From positions 1-64,000 of the forward strand of contig NW_020846644.1 of the NCBI RefSeq assembly GCF_003704095.1: a stretch of 64,000 nucleotides of DNA, given 5' to 3'. Source of the stretch: Pocillopora damicornis (lineage: Eukaryota). Of the stretch, positions 51,980 to 64,000 are shown one piece after another (position 1 is the first letter of the stretch; each line of letters starts with the position of its first letter). The translations under genes and the position numbers were made by a program. The notes beneath the pieces are model-generated. The model made no database searches and was not told where the DNA came from. It saw nothing but the letters and a program-made list of their open reading frames with translations.

Positions 51980-54900
51980 TTATTCGTCATCTTCAGCCCA
52001 CGCCTCCTCAGCCAGTGCAAAGTACTTATTCGCTAGTTTTCCCTTCATGGCAGCAAGTGCTAAATCTCCAGCTGCCGAATAGAGTTCGCCGGCCATCTGA
52101 GGGTGCTTTTCAAGCCCGTGACCTCCGTGTTGGTACAAGTACGCTTGCTTGGCATACAGCACGTAGTTAGGGTCTGTGAATAGCGTGTTCTGTGGATCAT
52201 CGTTTTCGTACACCACGTCAATGGCATTTTGATACCACTTGGCTGCCTCCACCCACGTGCATTCCCTAAACATAGAGTGATTCAATTTAAACACCTTGTT
52301 TATGACCTTTAATATTGAAGAAGGGTGTCAACATGGCTAGCAATATGTTTCTGATTCCAACAGCTCGCTTCTTATTATATATAGGTCCTGACAAAACAGT
52401 GTCAAAAATATTTTCCTCAAGGCCAAAGATTGTATCTTGGATTGCTGAATATTTATTCAAATACTAAATTTTGATTAAAAATTTATCCACCGATAAACAG
52501 TACACCTATGATGAGACTTGAGAGGCAAAAATGTACCTGAACGAGCCTAGGCCTGAGCCAGTTTCATAAGCCTTAGCCATGTACACCATGGCTTGCCTGT
52601 CTCCCAAATGAGCTGCCTCCAACATGTAATACACCCCCCGGTTCATGGCATCTTCAGATTCCTGTAAGAGAACAAAGAATACAAAGAAGTAAAACAGTAT
52701 TTTAAACAGTAGCACAGGGTGTTTGCTATGAATTTCAAGTTACTGTAATGATACTTCCGACTGATAAACTACAGCTTTTCCAATAAATATCCAATTCAAC
52801 ACATCGAAGCTACCTGGACAGTCACTGAAGGCAATATGTCGTGTGGCAGCTGTAAATTGATTTCAGCCATTGCAATTAAAGCCGGTAAAACAGCACAAGC
52901 TGCAGCTTGCTCTAGATGAAACATGGCACATTCCATTTGGGGCTCATTGTTAGTGAAACGACCGATCTCGTTACATTTAGCCAATTCGAGATGAACCTAT
53001 AGAAAAAAAAAAGAAAACATAATGAAAGACTTGCCACTGAAACACACAGTTTGGGAATTCACTTGTTGGATACCGTATTGTACACTAACCACTCAGCCAA
53101 GCTGCTACGTTCAGTTTCGTCTTAGCAACAAGTCATTTGACCAGGAGAATGGAATGAAGGATGCAGGGGCTCAGCCACATCGTAGACTGCTATCTGGATT
53201 TTTGTCACTCATGTTTTAATCCTTTATTAACACTTTTCACCTTTATCAAAACTGGTCACCTCCAATTCATCTATAGATCACAGATGAAGTCAAACTGTGG
53301 TAAGAACAGTCGGCTGCAACTCGCAGCCACTTTTTGCCCTTATCACATTTTGATGTCGTATGTGACCTATGTCAACAATAGCCTCCATTTAGTGCGAAAA
53401 TATGCACGGACATTATCTGTTCCGAGAAATGAACAGTTTTCCGAGAGGAAAGCTCAAGGAAAACTGTAAGCTACGAGGAAAATGATGTAAAAGGACCAAT
53501 ACAAGAAACATATTCTCGCGCCAAATGGAGACTACTGTGGTTACTTTCCTTCAAATATTTTTGCAACACGCGGGAAAATGTCAACGAACAGCTTATAGTT
53601 TGCTGCGTGGAATATTTACTTTTCATTGTTCCCTTGTACGATTTTGTGAACGAACAAATATCTTCCTTCTTCTGAAACAATAGCTCTACGCTGTCTCCTC
53701 TTAAATAAAACTTTAAACAAAGACTTTAGTCGTAGTGGACGCACGGTTTGAAAATTGGCCAATATCCCTCTGGGAATATTACTTGGAGCATATCCTCGGA
53801 TATTTCCAAGTTTTAGCTGGGGAATATTCGATTAGATATTCTGCCAGTTCAGTTCCTGATTAAATATGTGAGGTGAAAGTTTGGTTATTTACTTGTAATA
53901 GTAATTTGTCAAGTTTTGTTCACTTTGGATGTACGTTCCTAACAAATATACTTTGACGAAATTTAATCGATGACAGATACAGAAATCAACCAAAATTATT
54001 TATCTCAAACTTTGATCTTGTCTGACGGACCGCATTAGATTTGTCTTTCTCTCCCGAAACCCCACGTATGGGATTCAGGCGCACAAACAGAGTTAAAAAG
54101 AATGATCAAAGCCCAGACTAGGATGTATAGGCATTGAAACGATGGTAGGTGGGCTGTCACTGTGGCTGATAACAAACTGATAAAGTACAGCAAAAAAACA
54201 TAAGTACGACGTCAATACTGACCTGTCCGAGAACAGAGTCACCCTTGTGTGACCTTCTCTGATGCTTCAGACGAACATCATCAAGCAGTTTAACCTCGGC
54301 AAATACACTTGATGCCTTATGTTCCAGACTATCAGCAAATGATTTGCGGAAATTCTCATCCTGCAAGCAAGTTTGAAATGTTGTACAAAAAAAGAACAAA
54401 GAACTGAGAGTTACTTCCTAATTCCACCCAATAAATACTGCCATAATTTTTATTGACTGATAATTTGAAACCAGAGAATGGACACCGGAATAATACAAAC
54501 TCTCCTTCGCAAATGAAGAGCAAGGAGCAAAAAGAGAAATGTTGAAAAATTTCGCCAGATTTTGTTAACAGTAAGAAAGGTAAAAACATACGAGTATATG
54601 TATATGTAGTTACCTCGTTCTCAGTGAACACATCACTTTGATCACTTTCAGTCTCAGATGATGACGATTCTGGGTCAGATATCTGTCGAGAATATCTTGA
54701 TAATTCATTACATGATGACAGTGAACACCTGGGGGAATCTGGCTCCGAACCAGCAGGAGACAGAGGAGGAGACTGGGCTAGATATTCCGTCATGTCAAAT
54801 ATGGCTGAGGAAATTTTGCGGTGACCAGGAGATGTGCAATCGTCAATACTTTTAACAATTGTGCTGGAGTCTTGGATGTTTTCCAGGGTTTTGTCAATCC

Positions 54901-57900
54901 GAACCAATTCTTTTTTACTGAGGTCAAACTGGGAAAGTCCAAGGCTATGACAAATTCTATGAAAATGTGAACAGAAATTAAGTTACTGCCATATAGAATG
55001 CCTGGAGTGTCTACACAGTTGTGCAGAGCTTGGGGTGTAATAAGAAATAAGAAATTGAAAATGTGCAGCAGCTACCTAGAGCACGCACACAACACTGGCA
55101 CAACAACGCCCGCTTTAATCGTCACTACGACACACAGTGGGTCCAATAGGTGTCTCCACCCCAACAACATGAACGTTAAAACAGAGATAGCGGGAGAGTA
55201 GCCTCCGAATCTTGAATGCTTCATAAGATGACGTATGACCAGTTTACCTAATCACCTTTCACCTTTCAGCATGCAATACAAGTGACTAAAGCACAGTAGC
55301 AGTTAAGTACAGACTTGAGCTTACTTGTTACATCTATGAGAACTGAAGAACAGTGCCATCCCCCTTGGGCCCAAGTTGGCTTCGCCGTAATCCTCTCCAT
55401 CTGATGTATGAATCTGAGGGTCCGTGTACAGATCGCCAACTCCTAAAGTGATAGCGGTAGGCAAAAAATTTAAAAATGATAGAACGAACAACCACGTTTT
55501 TAAAGATACACTGTATGATTACTACAACGTGATAAGTAAAACGTCATAAAGGACGCGAAAGCTTGCACAGGATAAAAAAAAACCCTTGCTGTTTAAACTT
55601 AAAATTAACACAAGCGGAAATTGAGACAGAAAAAAAAAACCTTCGCTGTTTTCCACTATCACCTCTCCTTCTCCGCTGGTTACACTTGCTAGCCAGTAAC
55701 CATCACATGAATTTTTTATACATGTTAAGTTTTTTTTTCTTTTTTTTTTCGCTATGTGAGAGAAGAATGAAAGAGAAGAAAGAGAAAGAGAAGAATGAAA
55801 GGGAAGAAAGAGAAAGAGAAGAGAAAGAGAAGAATGAAAGAGATGAAAGACAAAGAGAAGAAAAAGAGAAGAAAGAGAAGAAAGAGAAAGACAAGAGTCG
55901 AGATTACTGTGTGTAGGATGAAAAGAGATCGAAACAGGACTTCGATGATGACAGTCAATGTTTTTTGGTCAATCGATGAGAATCGATTATCGAACGGATG
56001 TAATTGACAATCGATGACAATTGATACTCGTTAAAACTGCGTGATTGATTGCCTATCAATCACCAATATCAATCAATTAGCTGACATCTACTACCATCGG
56101 TCGCTTCAATTGTTCAGATCCTGGCTACAAACATGAATCTCACCTTGAATGTCAACTACAATCAGTTGATGGCCAGACCTCTCAAATGTAAAATGGCTAA
56201 ATGCCTGTGAATTGAAAACTTTATGTCAGTTGTATCGCTTAGGAACCTTAGAACCTAAGTTAGGAACCTTCTGTATGACAACATTCCTCAGAAGAAAAAC
56301 TTGAATGAATTTTTGTCTACTAAACACAGTTCGATCGTCCATGCTGGAAAGTGCAATTGTAAAAGTATATTACATCCATTTTGAAATCACTGATGATTTA
56401 TGAATCGCAACTTTTTTTGCTCTCAAAGTCGCATCTTTTTCCCCAGCAAATGAGAGGCTAGACCAAAACACAACAACCAATCAAATTTCAAGGCTTATTT
56501 AACGTAGCAAATCAAATTAAAGGAATATGAAACACAAATCACTACCACTACAATTACAAACCACTACAGCACTTGATCAATAAAATATCTGCACAGACTA
56601 AAAAATCATGTATTTGAGCGACTGAGTTTTGCAATTTCCGAATGGACGTATTACTGTGGTAATTAAAATTTCATGTCGTGCAATTTTGGTCTGAAATCAT
56701 AATATTGATTTCAAATGAAACTTGCGCAAACAAACGTATAATTTCACACCACATTGCACTCCACTAAGTTCAATTACCATTATAGATAAAATTATCATAT
56801 ATATCTATATATATTGTATGGAAGAATATCAATATTGGCATATAAAAGTACCATTTGGTTTGGCTGAGATGAAATGGCAGACCAGAAAAAGGTTCCATTA
56901 GCCTTAATTACTCGGATCGAAACATTTTGAACAGCCCAAACATGACACCACGATAGTCATGTCTCATAAACATCATGTGAGTTTGAGGGGAAGACAAATT
57001 GCACATCTATGCAGAATTCTTGACTAGTTTTATGACTGTTTACTCTCCAAGTGCAAACTATCCATCCATCCATCATCCATTATTCCTTCCTTCACACCTT
57101 CCTTTCCTGAACCTACCCGTCTCTCCCTTCCCTTTCTTTTAAGTTCTTCCCATCATTTCTTCCTTCCTTCCTTCATTCCCTCCCAAGTTTTGGTTCTTGT
57201 TCATCAACAGAAGTTTATTGATATTTACTGAATGGGCAACTGGGACATCTTAGGCCTGTGCTCACCTGGGGAGTGCAACGGAGAGTTTCATCTTGCAGCA
57301 CGTAACCTGAGTTTGAGTTGTACTTTATATACTTTCCTTCAATAAAGTGCTCTAAGTGAAACAAAGGTGATCCTTCTCTGTTTTTCAGTTCAATTACACA
57401 AACCTGGAAAATATCTACCTGTTTGTAAAACAATAAAATTAGTGTTCTAGATTGATAAAAGAAGCAACAGTTTAAGGTAACTATTATTGGGCAAAGAAGG
57501 AAAAAGGACAGTGCATTAACTGGCTGGTCCTTCAGTTGTAATTGTTGGGGTAAAATGGATTGAAACAGGGTGTTGATGATATAGAATACGTAAGATTGCA
57601 AATTTTAAGCTTAGTTGTAGAATAATGAAATATGTTATTTGTTTTGCCATGGGCATGACACAAAAACAGAACTGAGTCCTCCTGAGTAATCAAACCTTGG
57701 ACCTAAATAGGCACTATTGAAGTGTTAATTCGAGCTTCCTTGGGGATTTGTTGTGTAATGAGTAGGCAATTTTACATGCGAGGTCTAAATAACTAGTGTG
57801 CCTAGCTGGCAGTTTTGTTGGGGGGTGCCTGCTGCAAGGGGAATGAAAAACAAACAAACAAACAACATCTGCAACACAGGTTATACATATGCAACACCAT

Positions 57901-60900
57901 GTGCAGTTCAGACCAATATTTACAACCGCTTGTACAAATATAGGCACCCACTGTGGTACATGAGTCTACGGTGCTCTGAGTTTACACTGGGTCTCAAATG
58001 TCCTCTTACAAGGTTCATTTCTCGATAAGTGGACTTTCTTAAGTGCCGCTCTTAGTTAAAAAGGTCCCCTTAAATACAAAGTTAACTAATGGAGCGTTCA
58101 TTTAGCAGAGCTAAAGGCAATGTAGCTGGAAGCAATAAGGGTGATGTGACTTATGAAAGCATTGGTGCAGCCATGACTTGTTACCAATTCGTCAAAAAAC
58201 TGCTACCCTAACAAGGCACAGCACCAAGTAAATAGGTCATTGAATGCTGTGATAAAGGATAAAGGTAACAATTGTGCAATTAAAATCAAAATTACCACTT
58301 CCTTGATGAAATTGAGGTTGAATCCTAAAAAATTGCCCGCATACAAACAAAGCGAAGAAACATGAAAGTTAAAGTGGCTGTGAGCCACTGAACTCGGAAA
58401 ATGAATTATGAAGGGGTTTTGAAACTATTGATCCACTCAGGGAAAGGACATCATCTCTCTCAAATTACATTTGCTTACATGGCGCAATGATTTGTGCTTC
58501 TTCCTGCAAGCGGAAGGTCAAGAGATCTACCCCAGGCAAGAGCAAGTTCTAGTTTTCCTTTCCTTTCATTTCCCTATTTTTTAACTTATTCTTCAAAAGC
58601 ATATGTTTCTTATCTTTTTATCCAGAACGTCACCTATCTCTGAGCAGAAATACACATTCGAGAAGCCAGTTATCAAAGCATAGAGTCTGTCTTTCATTTT
58701 GTGTATTTGAAAAAAGGGGAGGTTTCAATCATTCCAGAATACAGTTCATTGATATAGCGTTTTTTTTGCAATTGAATGTTCAAATTGCAGATCAACAAGG
58801 TTTAAAAACAAGGCTTAAAACACTGAAATATAGGACTGTTTGTTGCCCTTGAAAGTAGATTTATCTGAGTGCCTCATAAGCTTTATTACTGAGCTACAGA
58901 GAAGTTGAATAGTGAGCTGAGCCATTACAAGGTTTATATACTGTGTTACAAGCATACTACTCATTGGAAGTACAAGGAGACTATAACATAATCTGTAAAC
59001 ACCTCACTAACCAACAACGTTTTGAGTCCCAAGAAATTAAAGCTTTCCCATGTCATTTCAAGGTTAATCATCCACCCATCCCATATCCAGAAATGACTTA
59101 ACATTCCATGTTGGGTGATAGTTATAGGGGATGATTTTAAATGAATGCCAAGAAAATTCATTATGCAAACGAGAAGCTTTAGCTCACAGTAAATTCAGTT
59201 TCCACATGACAGTGTCCCATTCACTGATACAGTATTCGACAGTGAGTTTGTGGTCCAAACAATAAACAAAAGGTAAAAAATCAAAATTGAAAGTGTAATT
59301 CTAACTATTCATCAAACCTTTTTTGGTGGGTTGTGTCTGTTAAACTCTTCACCCCAAAGCTTGGCATCCATTTGCAGTCTAACATCATCAAAATACACTT
59401 TTCTGCTCACTTCATCAATATACCTTTTACAAACATAATTAGCTGCATGCTTCCAATTCATGTGCTTTGAGAAATTGGAGAGCTTCTTCCTGTTAGAGGA
59501 GGAAATAGTTAAAACATAATAGGATTTCAAAATATTTCAGTTAATTGACTGATTACATACTCTTTATAGAAGTGGACAGAAATGAAACTAATCTTAATTT
59601 TTAAAACACATAAAAATACTGCAAGGCAGTAAAATAGACAAAATTATGTATTAGGGTTATACTTTGTAAAATGGGAAGAAGTGTAAAATATTAAACATCC
59701 AAAAACATTTTTGTACTCCATCACATAATACAATGTACTTCTATGCAGGAAAACAGTTGTAGATTAGGCATGAACTGTTCCCCTTTCAAACCAATTTAAA
59801 GCTGCCCTAATTTAGCCAATTTGAAACAGATTTATTCAGTTTTAAGTCTTTGGCCCTTCTTTTTTTCTACCAATAAAGCCACTGCAAAGCTATTTGCGGT
59901 TTTCGTGGTCCTAACAAAATTGTTCTGGTAAATAGTAAAGAAAAAGAAGACATTTGTGGTCAATTCTATATGTGGCATTTTGCTGGTGTGTTTTTAGAAA
60001 AATTGTTCTCTTGCAGTTATGCATGTATATTTAGTATCTAGCATTTTATCACAAATGCCGCAATCTACTATTTGTCATCTGTTCTATGATAGTGAGTTAA
60101 GGGAGTAACCAAACATTGCGTGGTGGTAAAAAAAATAGAATAAAACACGAGCCTGTCTCTTCGTTAAATTTTGAACTTCTTTTTCTTATATTTATGTCAT
60201 TCAGCAATTTTGGTGACATCCTATTGGGAAAAATACCAGATATCATTTGATTTTTTTGCAGGAGTTCTAACTGCAGCCAAATTTCCAATGAACAGATATC
60301 TTAAAAATCATGCTTATCTTCTATTAGAAGAGTATGTCTGTGATACCTTTTAAACATAAAGATTAGAAATCAGTCTGCAATGCAAAGTTTTATTGACAAT
60401 TATCAAACTGACAATTATCAAACAGTACTTACAATCTAAAGCACTCCCTCATGGCTCCTTGATCAAATGGCTACAGGAAGAGAGTAAATACATCACTTCA
60501 AAAAGAACATGTCAGCTTAAAAATCAAGAGGTTATTCCGTGTCAAATATTCTGGGGGTTCAAAGGTCTCAGTGTTCAATATGTCTGTTGCCTGGTAATTC
60601 AGGTATGATTCACTTCTCTTACTTAATGTAATTAGTTGAAACAATCAGCAGAATATTTAATTGCAACTTCCAAAGTGATATATTTTTTGCATCATAGTTC
60701 AATTACTCTTGAGCAGTTGAGTTGTTGTTTGAGTCTACAAGTGCTTTGAGTCATAGTTTTGTTGGGTTTCAATGGACTACTCAGTGTTAGAGTTACAACT
60801 AAATGTACAATGCAAGCTACCCATTTCTTGCCCATTAGCTGTAAATATAACAATTTTGAGATAACTGAGAACAACATACCATAAACAATAATTCATTTAA

Positions 60901-61309
60901 ATTCAACAAGACTCACCAATAATTCCATTTTGACTCTCACTTCATCCTGTAGCCAGTTTTTTTTCAGTGCATTGTATCGATGTCTCATGGCAACTTCTGT
61001 AGGGCACGAGTCATCAATATGAAATTTTTCCCAAGGATCGGGTAAACTTTTAACCTTTTTAAGAGCAATCTTCCAGCTTAAATGGTGCTGCTGTTTGTGA
61101 TGAGAAGCAGTTTGACCTTGAAGATCATCAGCACTGGCCTCTTTACTGTTTAGACGAATTTCTCTGTTAGGGAGCATTTCATCATCCTTCAGTAATCCAA
61201 CTTCACCATTCCAATCATCTGTTGTTTCTTGTTCTACATTTCCACATCTTCCAGACTCAGGGTCAGTTGTTCTTCCATTATCATTGGTTACACTTTCCAG
61301 GCTCTCCAT
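51980..61309 (-). CDS. EEF2K: Eukaryotic elongation factor 2 kinase, 669 aa
   Basis: 11 exons: 60917-61309, 60433-60470, 59318-59489, 57266-57418, 56144-56204, 55325-55442, 54614-54956, 54223-54360, 52814-52996, 52537-52661, 51980-52265 (2010 nt). CaM-binding WKIALKKVKSLPDPW, GAMRECFR, VRLQMDAKLWG, YIKYNSNSG, QAFSHFTFERSGHQLIVVDIQGVGDLYTDPQIH, SEL1-like repeats, C-terminal LAEEAW. Confidence 0.97.
55757..55897. repeat. Purine-rich (GA/GAA) low-complexity tract
   Basis: Almost entirely A/G, in an eEF2K intron. Confidence 0.9.
57060..57185. repeat. Pyrimidine-rich low-complexity tract
   Basis: (tcca)n and (ttcc)n runs in an eEF2K intron. Confidence 0.8.
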
Positions 61310-61466
61310 AGCAGACTACCCTCCTTCACTTTACTTAACCATCTTTGAAGAAATCACCATGCTTGACTTCTGGCACTATCAGCATTATATTTTCTGAGAA
61401 ATTTGCAAAACAGAAAGTGCTTGGATTGATCTTGTTCTTAAATTTCATGAAGTCAGTAATTCATTG

Positions 61467-64000
61467 TGTTAGATACTGAGAAACCTTCAGATGGTTTCAA
61501 ATGGGTTCGATTTGGCTGGATAAACTTACACACACAACAACTGCAATTCAACATGGCAAACCCCAACAAGAACTCCAGCACCTCACTTTAATGCACACAC
61601 ATTAAAACACTGATAATACATGACATTTCCTCCCCCTTTAAAATATGTGTCACAAATGCTTCAAGCTACACCAAAAATACATGGTAACAACAAACTTAAC
61701 CTTTCTACTATCAACAAAACATCTACTGAGAGTAGAAAGTGTTCTTAGCCTTAAAATGTTCTTAAAGTCCCAAGTTAAGCCTCGGGGGCTTCTCTCTCTC
61801 TGGCTGGGTATCTGCGCTCAGCTCTTATGGGCATGTTCCTTGGACTGGTCTCACTTGGGTGCTGCACCAGAGATGGTAGTTCAAGCTCTGGAACTGCAAC
61901 AGGAATCTGCTCTGGAGACATAGAAACTGGCTATTGAGCTGCTAGAGAGTCTCGAGTTGAGGACTGAAGAATTGGTTCAGTTGTAGGTTTCTGAGTCTCA
62001 GTGGGTTGGTCTTGAGTTGTCATTGAAACACCAACACTTGGTGGTGGTGGTGTACTTGAGCCTGACACTGTTGGTGGTGTACTCAATCCTGACAATGGAA
62101 CTGATGACTCCTCAGGAACCACTTCCTCAAAAGCCTCTCCACAATTTACACGCTCTGTCTGTAGGAGGTGATTAATGTGGACATAACATAGTTGGTGACC
62201 AACTCTCACCAGGTAGGTCAATGGTCCCAACCTTCTTATCACTGTGCCTGGAACCCACATCTCCATTCCTCCCTGGGTATTTTGCACATTCACCAAGTCA
62301 CATGGTGACAGTTTACGCAATTTATCATGACTCTTATCATGCTGCCACTGCTGTATGCCTTGTTGGTTCTGGATGTGCTCTTCCATGTTTGGAAGGAGAA
62401 TACTGAACTTGGTGAAAGGTTTTCATTTCAAGAACAGTTCTGATAGTGTTACTCCTGTCACTGAATGAGGAGTGTTTCGATACTGGTTGGCTAGTTGGTG
62501 TTTCAGTGAACATTTCTTGCTGCCTCCTCTCACACTTTCAGCATGTTTGCGTAATGCTCTCTTCAAGATCTGGACTGTGTGCTCTGCTGCCCCATTGGAC
62601 AATGGATGGTATGGAGGTACCAGTGTTTGTTTAACTCCATTCTGTTTAAGGAAATCTGTGAATTCCTGGGAAATGAATTGGGGCCCGTTGTCTGAGATCA
62701 CTTCTTCTGGCAATTAATATGCAGCAAACCATAGTTTCATTTGATCAATAGTGCTTTGAGCAGTTGTGGATCTCATGTGTGCCACCTCTATCCACTTGGA
62801 ATGGCTGTCAATCAACCCAAGGAAGTAATTGCTATATTTCTCTGCAAAATCAACATGCACTCCTTGCCACACCTGAGTAGGACATCTTCATGGGTACAAT
62901 GGTGCACTAGGGAGTGCATTCCACACTGCTTGACAAACTTCACAGATTCTCCCACTCAACTCAATTTCAGCATTCAAATTTGGCAACAAAATGTAACTTC
63001 GCGCTATTGCTTTCATTGCAACAATACCTGGATGTTCTTTGTGTAATTCTTGCAACAGTCTGTTTCTAAGCGATGGCAGAATGATAACATGCATTCCCCA
63101 TAAGACACATCCTTGGTCAACTAATAGCTCATGTCTTCGTGTGAAGTATTGTTTCATTTCTTCACTGGTTACATAATTTGGCCACCCAGTTAGCATATAA
63201 TTTAATACTCTTGCTAGTTCAGGATCTCTTCTGGTCTCCTTTATTAATGTCCTTTGCATCAATGGGCAATTCTTCAAGACCAGAGAAGAAAAAGATTTCA
63301 GCCTCTTCCTTCAATCGCAAGTCATTGCAAGGGAGGCATGATAATGCATCAGCATTACCATGTTCTTTAGATGGTCAATACTCCACTTGGTAGTTGTAGG
63401 CCTGTAAAATTACTGCCCAACATTACATTCTGGCTGCTGCTAGGGTTGGTCTTCTGTTTTTGGACCCAGAATGGTCACTAAAGGCTTGTGGTCTGTATAC
63501 AGATGAAACAGACATCCATACAGGTACTTGTAGAATTTTCATACTCCAAAAATAATAGGTAGAGCTTCCTTCTCTATTTGTGAATAGTCACTTTCCCTAT
63601 TTGTAAGTGTTCTTGATGCAAATACAATGGGATGTTCTTCTCCATCATCCATTGCGTGTGAAATCACCACTCCTACACCATACGGAGAAACATCACATGC
63701 TAGAATCAGCTTCCTTTTCTCATCATATGGAACCATAAGCTCAGATTTACTTTGCTGGAAAGCTTCTTCACACTCTTTGGACCACTCCCATTTCAAGCCT
63801 TTCTGAAGCAATTCATGTAACTGCTGAAGGAGGGTGGAAAGATTAGGAATGAAGTGTCCATAGTAGTTCAGCAGCCCTAAGTAAGAGTGAAATTCTGCTA
63901 CGTTCTTTGGACTTGGCGCTTTGCTAATAGCTGCAATCTTCTCATCTGTGGGATGTCGGCCTTCCCTGTCTACATGGTAACCTAGGAACTCTATACTTGG
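61467..64000 (-). mobile_element. Ty3/Gypsy retrotransposon 3' half (RT end, RNase H, integrase pseudogene, PPT, 3' LTR)
   Basis: LILACDVSPYGVG..FASRTL..YSQIEKEAL, HPGIVAMKAIARSY, ISDNGPQF..PPYHPLSNGAAE, WVPGTV..GPLTY. PPT aaagggggaggaaa at 61626-61639. LTR 61467-61625 (minus strand tgtca...taaca). Confidence 0.9.

Noticed and set aside
55563-56007. Highly charged K/E/R-rich and F/S-rich ORFs
   Set aside because: These are translations of a GA-rich microsatellite in an eEF2K intron.

Overview
Eukaryotic, AT-rich, intron-containing animal DNA. The repeat families and gene sequences look like an anthozoan (stony coral) genome; that assignment is inference. Four spliced genes could be rebuilt by hand with GT-AG boundaries and consistent phases: NDUFAB1 (+, 3 exons), ABAT/GABA transaminase (-, 17 exons), an ALPK1-type alpha-kinase (+, about 10 coding segments) and eEF2K (-, 11 exons). 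The rest is mostly decayed transposons: PIF/Harbinger-group, Penelope-like, RLE non-LTR, Gypsy, Crypton/DUF3504, MITEs and tRNA-containing repeats. There are two 100-N gaps. The main finding is the ALPK1 gene. It keeps the ADP-heptose-binding domain, with the ligand-contact residues essentially intact, and the alpha-kinase. It also carries an N-terminal STAND/NB-ARC-like NTPase module with a degenerate P-loop (GEPGCGRS), making it an NLR-like sensor-kinase fusion. A 13-bp target-site duplication around an antisense Penelope insertion indicates that the STAND and ALPK1 coding sequences were one continuous reading frame, and that insertion now has exact intron boundaries. Comparisons with human proteins are from recalled sequences and need confirmation by alignment.
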